A stretch of 63,609 nt of DNA, counting the filler, from Kipferlia bialata (Eukaryota): NCBI GenBank assembly GCA_003568945.1. It is 3 parts of 3 records of this genome, joined end to end, with 100 filler letters (N's around TTAATTAATTAA, not from the genome) between each part and the next. Parts side by side here need not be neighbours in the genome. Positions count along the whole stretch, not along the records: positions 26,900 to 53,681 come from BDIP01000179.1; positions 53,782 to 63,609 come from BDIP01000205.1; 1 more part is not named here. One strand, given 5' to 3'. The stretch's first letter is position 1, and each line of letters opens with the position of its first letter. The position numbers and the translations under genes are program-made. The notes under the pieces are model-generated. The model was not told where the DNA came from and searched no databases. It saw only the letters and a program-made list of their open reading frames with translations. Shown piece after piece: positions 51,801 through 63,609 of the stretch.

Positions 51801-52830
51801 CTACCCAAGGGTCATTGTGTCCAGTAGGCATGCCCAATCCCCTCCCCCTTCACCCCATCTCTCCTCCTTTAGGTCTCTTACCATCACACGTGGTGGACGT
51901 CCGGGCCCCGGACTCCGGGGCACTGTACTATATACAAGGCTACAGATGGCCCGATCATACAAGAGAACGGTCCACATCTGAATCCACCAGTCATATGGTA
52001 TATAGATTCCTCCCACTTCGAATGATGAACATGTGCCCATTTCCCAGACACTGTATCATATATATGTGGTCAGTCATCACAGGCACTCCATTGACCCGTC
52101 GTCTAGCCGATGTTGTGACTAAGAGCCCTCTACCACTAGCAACAGCTGCATGGGGACACCCCAGTTGTGTACTATCCTCTTGGCCCCAGTGCCAAGGGAG
52201 ACTGAGCATAGACATACCTTCGCGGTTGGAAATGAAATACTCAGTCCCAGCGACGTTAAATGTGTCAAAGTAGTCGTCTTTACATCTGTTTGGAACACGC
52301 AACCCTCTCTTCCATCCCATATCTGGGGTGTATACCCAACTCTCCTGGTCTGCAGGCTGTCCGTATATCGCACAGACATGCATGTACAGCTGGCCCTCCA
52401 GGCTGACCAGCCAGTCACAGTAGAGCCTTGGCGGCCACACCCCAGTCTTAGGCACCACACTCCACTCACCAGTGTCTGTGGTATAGAGATACATGTCGTT
52501 GAGGAGTGTTTGTGTCTCACCGACCACACCGCAATACACATACACCGTGTATTACACGTCATACCCTGCAGCAGCTGTTACGCAGTGCTGAGTGGTGATT
52601 GGGAGAGAGCATGGCACCGGTGTGGCGCACACAATAGAACCGTCAGACAGTAGCCGCATGATAACAGACACAGACCTTTCCCCATACTCAGCTCTAGAGT
52701 CTGGGTTGTGCCCAATGACTAGGGCCTGACAGTGCCTTATGCGTGCTCCAGCCGCCACAGAAGGGGGCAGGTTGTGTATATGGATGTTATCATTGGAGAT
52801 GTACAATAGAGCACACATTGCCTCAGACAC
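51801..52830 (-). pseudogene. Disrupted kelch-type gene
   Basis: LLNDMYLYTTDTGEWSVVPKTGVWPP kelch motif; in-frame TAA at 52554-52552 between two same-frame ORFs; frame change near 52000; no convincing rescuing introns. Confidence 0.5.
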
Positions 52831-53630
52831 ACTATACTTTGAACGTGGATAGATAGACTATCTAAGATAGTACTATTCTCTGGACTTACAAACTAGAATT
52901 TGACTTGTATCTGAATAGTTGTTGCACCCTACACGATTATTTAGGTGTAAATACCGTACTATGATGTGTTACAAACGACCACAAAGTGTATATATGAATG
53001 CGTAGGATGGAAAACTGTATATGCTCCAATAATAGGGTCTCAAGAGCAATGACAGTGACTTGCAGATACATAACCGAGGTGATAGAGTGGCTACAGTTGA
53101 GCATCATGTTTTGAGAGAGCCAGCCTACTCTAGAGGATATGTGGACGTTGCACATAAGACGCCCTTCTTTGACTCACTGCCAGATACTTAATGGTCAGAG
53201 ACAGTTACTCACTGTCCAAATCTAGTCTGTGTAGAGACCCGGGTTCCTTAATCATGGCCAACACACCACAGGACTCAGACTCACTTATGCATATACATAC
53301 TATTCCTTTACAGGGTAGTGTTAGATACTGAGAGGAAAGAGTGGTTGCAGTGGTACCAGCCAATACCCCAACACCCCAATCCATGAACGACTACATTTAT
53401 ACTTGTACTGTACTCACTACGTGACTCCCCAGGGTGCATCGATGAATGTGACTACGACTCACATACAAGACACACCCATGTACACAAGGACATTGTGGCT
53501 AGAAGACTATAACTCTTCCCCCGCCATTCCTCCAGAAGTCAACACTACCTATAACTAAACACTTACGACAAACGCATAACACCAGAGGTTGCTAATGGTA
53601 TCGGCCATCCCTCCCTCCCAATATGGACTG

Positions 53631-53631
<1 letters not shown>

Positions 53632-53681
<50 letters not shown>
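53632..53681. repeat. (CT)n microsatellite at contig end
   Basis: Perfect CT run adjoining the spacer. Confidence 0.9.
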
Positions 53682-53781
53682 NNNNNNNNNNNNNNNNNNN
53701 NNNNNNNNNNNNNNNNNNNNNNNNNTTAATTAATTAANNNNNNNNNNNNNNNNNNNNNNNNNNNNNNNNNNNNNNNNNNNN
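53682..53781. other. Artificial contig spacer N44-TTAATTAATTAA-N44
   Basis: Same linker as 26800-26899. Confidence 0.97.
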
Positions 53782-53803
53782 ATTATTTACCATCGGCCCC
53801 CCC

Positions 53804-53834
<31 letters not shown>

Positions 53835-53868
53835 GCCTGATTCTCTGTCTTCCCCCCCTCACCCCCAG

Positions 53869-54875
53869 GTGACACCCTCGAGTCCTGCAAGACCGCCATC
53901 TCCCTCGGATTCACCTCCGTCATGATCGACGCCTCCCACCACGGGTAAGTGGAGGAGTGTATATACATGTCTATAACCATCCTATCTGGCGTCCCTGTCT
54001 ATTTGTGCATGTCGGTTGCTGTCCCTGTCTCACCCCTAGATACGAGGAGAACGTCGCCATCACCAAGTCTGTCTGCGAGTACGCCCACGAGCGTGGTGTG
54101 TCCGTCGAGGCCGAGCTCGGAACCCTCGGTACGCATATATATTCCCTCTCTCTCTCTATACTCCTTAGCATCAGACATCTCACCCCCCAGGAGGCATTGA
54201 GGAGGACATCTCTGGAGTTGTGCAGCTGACCGACCCCGAGCAGTGCGTCGACTTCTGCACCAGGACTGGTGTCGATGCCCTTGCCGTTGCCATCGGAACC
54301 TCCCACGGTGCCTACAAGTTCACCTCCACCCCCACCCTCGCCATGGACCTCATCAACGAGATCAGGGAGAAGACCGGAGTGCCCCTTGTGATGCACGGAT
54401 CCTCCGAGGTCCCCGCCCACCTTAGGTATGATATGGTGTTTGAGTGTACTGACCCACTTTCTCTCTCTCTCTCTCTCTTGCTTCTCACCCCCCAGGGAGG
54501 AGATCATCAAGTACGGTGGCCACATGCCCAACGCCATGGGCGTCCCCACCCCCATGGTCGTGGAGGCCATCTCCCGCGGCATCTGCAAGATCAACATCGA
54601 CTCTGACTCCCGCATGGCTGTCACTGCATCCATCCGCAAGATGTTCACCGAGAAGCCAGAGGTCTTCGACCCCCGGTACGTGTCATATATAGATTGATAG
54701 TGTATACTATATTACACTCGCCTTACTCTCCCTCACCCCCAGTGCCTACATGGGCCCCGCCCGCCAGGCCCAGCAGGAGCTCCTCGTGGAGAAGATGAAC
54801 GCCTACGGCACCTCCGGCCACGCCCAGGACTACGAGTGCGTGTCCCTCGAGGACGCCAAGAAGTGGTACGCCTAA
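53869..54875 (+). CDS. fba: Fructose-1,6-bisphosphate aldolase class II (Giardia-like), 5' part off contig
   Basis: [80 protein letters not shown]; strong C-ending codon bias; TAA 54873-54875. Confidence 0.95.
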
Positions 54876-55192
54876 GCACCCTGTCTGTGTGACACACAAG
54901 TGAGTGGTGGGCACTAGGGTGGTGTGGTCACGGCTCATGGAATAGATGATAAGTTATTACGTTGTTGAGGCTTTGGGTCTTAGTATATAAAGATATGGTA
55001 TTGGGAGGAGACTGTCTTGGACGTAGTCAATGTCCATACTTATGACATACAATGGAACAACCACTCTTTTCTATTCGTCAACACCAGATGTCCGACATGG
55101 GCAAGACAGCAAAGTCAGCTGGCAGGGCCAGATAACTACACTGGTCATATCCATATACAGACTCTGTATCTCAGTGACAGTATACTACACTA

Positions 55193-55943
55193 CTATGCAG
55201 TCACCTTCCGGAATATGTCCACAACACCCCCCAGCAACCCTCCTATCCCCGATGCACACAGCCAGCCAAGAGTAGATGTGGTAGCACCGATGCTCTGCAA
55301 CGTGGCAAAGATACCCCCTGCCACAGTGACTGGGGTCTGGTGATCAGAGGTATACCCATATAGTAGAAAATACTTGATGCCTTGATACTCCCGTATGACA
55401 TGTCCCATAGCAAATGACCCTACCTGTACACAAGCAGCAATGCTACCCAGAGCTACACCTGCCGATCCAAAGCCCAGTGCAGATATTGAAAAGGGAAACA
55501 GCACTATTCCTAGAGCAGTGAAGATGGGGAAGAATGACTCCCCCTCTGACCCCTTGCGGCTGGATGAGGGGAGAGAAGAAAAGACAGGGAGGAGACATAC
55601 GCTCATGCAACACACATATATAAACACTTAAACATCAAGAGAGTAGTGTACTCACCGACAGAGAGGGACCGCCTTGAGATGCATGGCCTCGAGGGACCTA
55701 TCCTTCCAGGTGGGCTTGGGGCAGGTCACTTCATTCCACAGAGATATCACAACGGCAACCAAGAACACCGACAGCAACGCTAAGGTCAGGTCATGTATCA
55801 ATAACACTCATACACATATATGTCATAACCATACCTCTCCAAAAGACAGGTATCTCCTTTGGCGATTCCTCTGTGGCTCTGGCTTCTGTATCAGGGTCCT
55901 CCTCTACTTTCCCCTTCACTACTGTATCTGCTTCTGCTGACAT
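55193..55943 (-). CDS. ISG12/IFI6-IFI27 (Ifi-6-16)-motif membrane protein, 4 exons
   Basis: Spliced ALGFGSAGVALGSIAACVQ|TPVTVAGGIFATLQSIGA matches the ISG12 pattern GF..AG.A.GS.AA...VAAG..FATLQS.G; ATG 55943. Confidence 0.7.
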
Positions 55944-56078
55944 AGGATGACTGAGTGTTGCCAAAAGAGACTGAGTGAGAGTGCTCTTTCAGAGCCAAAA
56001 ACAGACCATTGACCCAAACCCTCAAGGCACAGCCGGGACAGGCCTTTCAAGTCAGGAACAGCGTGGTTGTTCACTGAT

Positions 56079-56606
56079 ATGCTTCGCCGAAGAGGCCCAT
56101 CGACGCCTAACATGGCGCCCCTAGAGTCCAGGGTGTCTCAGTTGGAGGAGAGTGACGCCCAGGCTGAGACAAAGGTGAGTCTGGATCTTGTTTATCCTCT
56201 TATAGGCTGTAGCAGAGCATGTAGACCCATGGGGAGGTGGATATAGGTGCTATGTGGTTGCTGCTGAGTATTTAGACTCGGTTTGGGTCATTACTTTGCT
56301 GGGTTTTGATATTCTGACATATTGTCACTCCAGTCTCAATGTGTCCAAGCCACCTCAAAATGCTGTGATATAACTAATATATGTATATATAGAACATGTT
56401 GAGGTGTGAATTGGGGTAGCTGGCTGTGGTATGTTGTGTATTGCCATGTGTCACTGAGTCTTGTCTCACATTCTCACTTTCTCTTGGTGAGTCTTGACTG
56501 CTAATAGGGATATTATTGCTATTATTGCATACGCAGCACTTGCGTGTTCTCATACATATATTTGTGTCCTCTGGTATCTGTTGGCTTCACTCTCTCTCTC
56601 TCCCCC

Positions 56607-56641
<35 letters not shown>

Positions 56642-57550
56642 GTACTCACCCCCCAGTTCACCACTCTGATTGAGACCTCCATCGCGGATGCCATGGCATC
56701 TCTCAACAGAGAGATAGAGGCACTCGAGACTGCCCAGGGCAGGCAGTTCAAGGTGAGATGGGTATAGACATATAGTCTATAGCATAGTATGTATAGTACT
56801 GATAGTTATTATTATATAGTATGTGGTAGAGGCACTCGAGACAGTCCAGGGCAGGCAGTTCAAGGTATGATATGGATGGGTATGGATATATGTATGGTAT
56901 ATGTATATAGTTAGTATGTATATATAGTTAGGCAGTTCAAGGTATGGGTAGATGTGTGGATAGAGTATAGCTCAAGTAATTGGTATTATGGGTGTATGGA
57001 GTGTGTCCCCCCTCTCACCCCCAGGACCTGTCCCAGTCCCTTCATATGTGAAGGATATATATCCATGAGTATATACGTGTATATAGTATAGTATGTATTC
57101 ATATCTAGTATACATACCCACCCCCAGGACCTGTCCCAGTCCCTTGGCAAGCACCAGTCCGCACTCAGGTATATATGGGAGTATATACATATTAGTGTGT
57201 ATGTATGCTCAGTATATTCCCACCCCAGGTCCCTGGAGGCTGCTTCCTCTGAGACTCAGTGTATATATAGTACATTTCATATAGTTTATACAATTTAGGA
57301 ATTAATATATACAACCAGTGAACTATATCTTCTAACCCTTAGGTCCCTGGAGGCTGCCTCCTCTGAGACTCAATGTGTATATAGTATCATACTACCGTAT
57401 AGTATATATATATATGTGTGTATACTGAGTGTATATTCCCACCCCAGGTCCCTGGAGGCTGCCTCCTCTGAGACTGACAGACAGCTGACAGGGGTGGAGC
57501 AGACACTCAGTGCTCACAAGGTATATAGTATTGTATATATAGATATATGA

Positions 57551-57602
<52 letters not shown>

Positions 57603-59893
57603 CATCTGACAGGGGTGGAGCAGACACTCAGCGCTCACAAGGTACAGCATAGATTTCCACTACTGTTTCTATATTGTGCTACTCTTCTAATACACACAAG
57701 TATGTCTCCCTCAGGACCAGATGGCGTCTGTATCTGTCTCTAAGTATATATAGGTATATATGTGTATAGTAGAGAGTATCACTAGTAGTATTTTGATACT
57801 CTATATAGATACACATGCCTCTAAACCCCAGGACCAGATGGCGTCTGCCTCTGCCTCTGCCCGTGATGCATTGAACACACAGAGAGACAGGGTGGTCAAG
57901 GAGATAACTAGCATAAGGTATGTTATGTTATATGTATACATGTAGGTATATGTAGGTATGTATGGTCTCACCCCAGGACCCTTGTTGCAGTCACCAGGAG
58001 ACAGCTCGAGACATCGTTCACAGCCCTGGCGGCTAGGTATGGGTTGATGGTTAGAGTGATATATGTATCATGTACAACTTGTCTAACCCCCTCAGTGTTG
58101 AGCAGGAGAGGGACAATGATAGTATATGTTGTATATATATGTATATATATGTGTGTGGTAATTGATTGTATTATTCTGACCCCCTCAGTGTGGAGCAGGA
58201 GAGAGACAGTGACAGGGAGAGAGAGAGAGAGGCAGAGGGGGAGACCAGGCAGAGAGAGGCCGCCCTGACAGAGTCTCTTACTAGTGTCAAGGGGAGGGTG
58301 CTGGCACTGGAGGTATATAGATTAGTGGATATATACAGAAAACACCGAAATACTTACCCCCCAGGACTCCACCCATGCCCTGGTTCATACATATTCATAC
58401 ACATATATATGCATATGTATTTGTATGCTCTGAATACTTACCCCCTCAGGACTCCACCCATGCCCTGTCCCTGTCCCATGACAAGGTGGTGGCATCAGTG
58501 GCAGAGTGCAGGGCACAGTGCCACGAGGATAGTCAGGTATATATAGTATATAGTATATATATAGTATATATATAGTATATAGTATATAGTATATATATAG
58601 TATACATCATACATATATTGTGTATATATATTGAGTTTATAGTGGCAGAGTGTAAGGCACAGTGCCACGAGGATAGTCAGGTAGAGGACATATACATGTA
58701 TATAGAGATACAATGCCTCATATATAGATATGAGTATACGTATTGAGTATATAGTGGCAGAGTGTAAGGCACAGTACCACGAGGATAGTCAGGTAGAGGA
58801 TATATACATGTATATATATATAGATATATATATATATATAGATAGATACTATGCATCATATGTATATATATGTATATATATTGGGTATATAGTGGCAGAG
58901 TGCAGGGTACAGTGCCACGAGGACAGCCAGGTACAGGGTGCACTATGATATACATTTCAAATATACTATAATATATTTGGAGACAGTGCATATATATATG
59001 CTATATGCTTACACTCACCCAGGCCACTGCGCAGCGTGTGTGTGAGGAGTACCAGACTGGGGTTGAGGCCTCTGTCTCTGTCCTGTCCACCCAGTGCACT
59101 GCGGCACATGAGTCAGTCAGTGCCATCAGACAGACACAGACACAGCACAGTGAGGGGGTGGATAGTGCACTCAAGGAGATGAGGTACATGNNNNNNNNNN
59201 NNNNNNNNNNNNNNNNNNNNNNNNNNNNNNNNNNNNNNNNNNNNNNNNNNNNNNNNNNNNNNNNNNNGAGGTGTGTGTGTATATTGTATATGTATACAGA
59301 CACAGCACAGTGAGGGGGTGGACGAGGCATTGAAGGAGATGAGGTGTGTACTGAATAGGATATTGTAGATATATGCGTATATGTATGAATTTGCATCTGC
59401 CTCACCCCAGGACCCTCCTTACGACCTCCATCTCTTCCCATGCTGCCTCGGTTGATGCCCTGACACACACCATGGAGACACATGCCCAGGAGGCACAGCA
59501 GACATACACACCAATCGAGGAGTACAGGGTATGGTGGAGAGATAGTACATTCATATATATGTAGATTAGTTGGTACTCATAAATATATGCACACATCACT
59601 GACCCCCCAGGCCTACAAGGCTGAGAGGGAGGTAGAGAGAGAGAGAGACCTTGCAGAGACCAAGGAGAGAGAGGCTGCCTCTGCCACAGAGACACAGACA
59701 CAGATGGAGGCACTCAGACAGACAGCAGCGGAGGAGGTATGTGAATGGATTATGTGAATGGATATGTACTGTGTACACCACTGCATACCCCTCACCCCCC
59801 AGACTGCCTCTGTGCGTAGTGCCCTGGAGGCTGAGGTAGAGACACTCACACAGACACAGACACAGGACAGGGAAACACAGAGGGAGAGGTGAG

Positions 59894-59928
<35 letters not shown>

Positions 59929-61220
59929 TACATATTGATTTATATATATGTGTGTGTATGTATATATATATACAGACACAGACACAGGACAGAGAGGCAC
60001 AGAGGGAGAGGTGAGACATTGTTGTAGATATGTAAGTGTGTATATACATCTCACCCCAGCGCAGCCTCTGCCTCCACCGCCCTCAACACCCTGTCCACCA
60101 CCCTGTCAGCACAGATTGACACCCTGACCTCTGCCCTTGAGGCTGAGACCCAGACTAGGGCAGAGGGGGAGGGGGAGACTAAGGCATCCATTGAGAGGGT
60201 GGCACAGGGTGTGGAGGCTGAGGGGGCAGAGAGAGAGAGGCAGGGCGAGGAGGCCAGGGTGCACACCCAGTCCCTGATAGAGTCACTGAGACAGGAGATG
60301 ACACGGGAGATGGACAGGAGACAGCAGGAGCAGGTGGGTGTTAATACTGATAGGTATATGGGTTCATATATTCATCCCTTTCACCATGTCTCACACCCTG
60401 ACAGCAGCTGCCTCTGCCTCCCATGCCTAACTGGCCCCATACACTATATCAGTACATAACTATGATACACTACTGCATATTGTATTGTATACTAACCTCA
60501 GACCGATGCTGCCTCAGCCTCCCACACAATATCATCATGCATCTATATATATATATGACTGAGATACATTACTCTATATTGTATACTATTGCATACTAAC
60601 TTCAGACCGCTGCTGCCTCTGCCTCCCATGCTGCCCTCTCCTCCTCCCTGTCCACCCTGAGGAGTGACATGACACACACAGTGGCAGAGGCAGAGGAGAG
60701 GCTGGCACAGAGGATGGAGGGGCTGGATAGGGATAGGAGAGAGGCAGTCGGTACGGGTGGATGTGGATATATACAGTGTATATGTACACGCACATATGTA
60801 TTTACCTTTGTATCCCCTCACCCCCCAGCGTCTCTCTCCTCCCGGCTTACCCTCCTGGAGGATGGCCTGTCAGCCCTGACAGCACAGACAGACAGAGGGG
60901 TTGAGGCAGTCAGCGAGAGGTATGTATCCACTATGAGTACTTGTTTTATATATGTATACATCTATGTATATACCTATTGTCCGCTCACCCAGGCTATCCA
61001 CTGGCCTTGCCTCTCTGACCCAGACCCAGACTGAGGATAGACAGAGGGGAGAGGACAGGTGCAACGCACTCGAGGTATGGGGTATTGCGATATGTTGGTG
61101 TATTGGCTAACCATATACCCCCCCCCCCCCAGTGCGCACTCTCTCTCTCTCTCTCTCCATACATATCCGCCCTCACCCCCAGGCCTCTGTCTCTGCCTCA
61201 GTCTCTGCCCTCGATGACAC

Positions 61221-61251
<31 letters not shown>

Positions 61252-61319
61252 ATGTATTCATATATATACCCTCACTCTAGGCCTCAGTCTCTGCCTCAGT
61301 CTCTGCCCTCGATGACACC

Positions 61320-61370
<51 letters not shown>

Positions 61371-63568
61371 CATATGTATATACCCTCATACTAGGCCACT
61401 GTGACTGCCTCAGTCTCTGCCCTAGATGACACCCTCTGCAAGTACAGGACAGGGGCTGACAGACACGTGAGGGATGTGACGCAGGGTCTGCACACATCCA
61501 TAGTGGCCCTGAGAGATGGGGTGACACACAGACTGCAGGGGGTGGAGAAGAGGGGGCAGGACGTGGAGAGGTATGTGGGTGGATATGTATATATATATAT
61601 ACATACATACACCCCCTGACCCCAGGCGTGTGTGTGATGTCGACAGAGAGGTCTCTGCCTTGAGGACAAGGCTTGACACAAACATGCAGGGAGAGGCACA
61701 CAGGGCTAGCCAGGTATACTAGATCTATACTTTTCAGTGTGTTAACATAGGTCAACTGGATAATACATCTCTATACCCTCTCACCCTCTAGTTGCTGGGC
61801 CAGGTGCATCGCAGCATTAGTATACATATGTGTGCGTATACAAATTGGATACTATGTATTTACCATCATATTCTACTTACCCCCTAGCTCCTGGGCCAGG
61901 TGCAGCGCAGCATAGATAGATCTGTGAGTGCCCAGGCTGAGGTGACAGAGAGAGACATCAGGCAGACGGTGGCAGAGCAGAGGGAGAGGTATATATTTTG
62001 TAGTGTGTAGAGAGTATGTATATATATATATATATTAGAATCAGAGAGAGACATCAGGCAGACGGTGAAGGAGCAGAGGGAGAGGTATGATATATAGTGT
62101 ATATAGAGTGTGTGTGTGTGTATATATGTATATGTTAGTATCAGAGAGAGACATCAGGCAGACAGTGACGGAGCAGAGGGAGAGGTATGATATGTAGTGT
62201 AGTATATAGTATATATATACATGTATATCAGTATCAGAGAGGGACATCAGGCAGACGGTGAAGGAGCAGAGGGAGAGGTATGAAGCACACAGATGTTGGA
62301 TATTCTATGTATATGGTGTATACATACTATGTAGTGTGTGTATACATACTCATACCCAGAGATGCCTCGACCCGTGCCTGTGTGACCACCCTGTCTGATG
62401 ACATCGAGGCCCTGGCAGACAGTGTCCGGAGGCAGGCACAGACGCAGCAGGAGGTATGTAGTATGGGTACATTAATATATATACCGTGTGTATGTATACT
62501 ACACCCCTTACCCTCCGAGGCCCTGTACATTGTGGAGAGTGCATGTGCTAATATATGTATATATATACTAACGTGTACATATATGTATATACAGATATCC
62601 AATCTCTGTCTCACCCCAGGCCCTGTGCATTGTCGAGAACGAGGCTGCATCCCGTAGGGCAGTCCTTGCGAAGAGGGTCACAGCTGGGCTGGAGGAGGTA
62701 GGGGTGGATGTGTGTATCTATCTGTGCATATGTATATGTGTATGTCCCTGTATTCACCTCTGATTCCCTAGGTAAAGGCCACCCACACATGTATTCGTAT
62801 TGTTTTACACATATGTATGCATCTGAGGTCAGTATCAGTATCATACTGTGTGTGTATATACCTATATATATGTCCCTGACCCCAGGTCAAGGCCACTGCC
62901 TCTGTGCAGGCATCGGCCATGGGCATGATGAGGGAGAGGTAGGGAAGTATATGTATATATATATATGTATATATACCATATTAATATGTATATACTATAC
63001 TATAAACCACTATACTCATTGTTCATCGGCCATGGGCATGATGAAGGAGAGGTATGATGTATATGTCAATACAACTTGTATGTAACATATACGTTAGGAT
63101 TTGTCACGTTTATATTATACTTGTCCCTCTTTCTCTTCTTCCCCCCCAGACACACCTCTCTGTCTGAGTCTGTGTCAGATACATGTATATGCAGTGTATA
63201 TTCTATGTTAATAGTATCCTGGATGTTCCTTACCCCCAGACACACCTCTCTGTCTGAGTCAGTCTCTGCCAGGCTGGGTGATGCTGAGTCACTCCTGTCA
63301 GTGCAGACAGAGGCACAGGCACAGCACGAGACAGAGGTAGTATATGTATATATGTATAGTTATATATAGACATTAATATATGTATATGCACACAGAGGCA
63401 CAGGCACAGGCTGAGAGTGAGGTATGTAGAGTATTTTATTATTTATACAGTATTATTAATACTGATATGTATATATATATATATACTATGGGATGGTATA
63501 TATATACATCTATCAGTGCAGACAGAGGCACAGGCACAGCACGAGACAGAGGTGTCTCTCTCTCCCTC

Positions 63569-63609
<41 letters not shown>
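56079..63609 (+). CDS. Long coiled-coil protein, runs off window end
   Basis: More than 20 in-phase exons of A/E/R/S/T/Q-rich heptad-like sequence (MLRRRGPSTPNMAPLESRVSQLEE...). Confidence 0.75.
59191..59267. other. Scaffold gap (77 N) inside an echo-containing intron
   Basis: Run of N. Confidence 0.97.

Noticed and set aside
52552..52554. In-frame TAA suggesting a hexamitid-like TAR=Gln code
   Set aside because: FBA ends in TAA and the CH and SPRY genes end in TAG at expected termini; other exons lack in-frame TAR. A pseudogene or sequence error is simpler.
61940..62285. Regularly spaced ~45-nt repeats with unique spacers resembling a CRISPR array
   Set aside because: The repeats are copies of the adjacent exon end plus GT donor, the spacers are TA-rich low-complexity sequence, there are no cas genes, and the context is eukaryotic.
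1..63609. tRNA, rRNA, transposase or reverse transcriptase genes
   Set aside because: No recognisable motifs by eye; tRNAscan-SE, Infernal and repeat searches would be needed to exclude small or divergent elements.

Overview
Intron-rich eukaryotic genomic DNA. It resembles a free-living fornicate/metamonad such as Kipferlia; this is an inference from the Giardia-type class II aldolase, the CTRAC/CTCAC branch point abutting the 3' YAG, several paralogous kelch genes and ER/SL microsatellite peptides. Three contigs are joined by artificial N44-TTAATTAATTAA-N44 spacers, and most ORFs in the track are exon or intron fragments. Reading exons by splice signals gives: a Trk/HKT K+ transporter, a calponin-homology protein, a small UxxC candidate selenoprotein with a 3'UTR SECIS-like hairpin, partial cyclophilin, Rpn8 and UBAC2-like genes, Naf1/Gar1, a SPRY-domain protein, kelch genes, a ~17.5 kb bridge-like lipid transfer (BLTP2/Fmp27-like) gene, FBA class II, an ISG12-motif protein and a long coiled-coil gene. 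Highlights: (1) pervasive intronic 'echo' copies of half-exons, carrying splice sites, that differ from the real exon mostly at synonymous positions; (2) the candidate selenoprotein; (3) a homology-required GT-AT intron; (4) gene chimeras at poly-C tracts, probably assembly joins. CDS coordinates are spans of multi-exon models built by eye.
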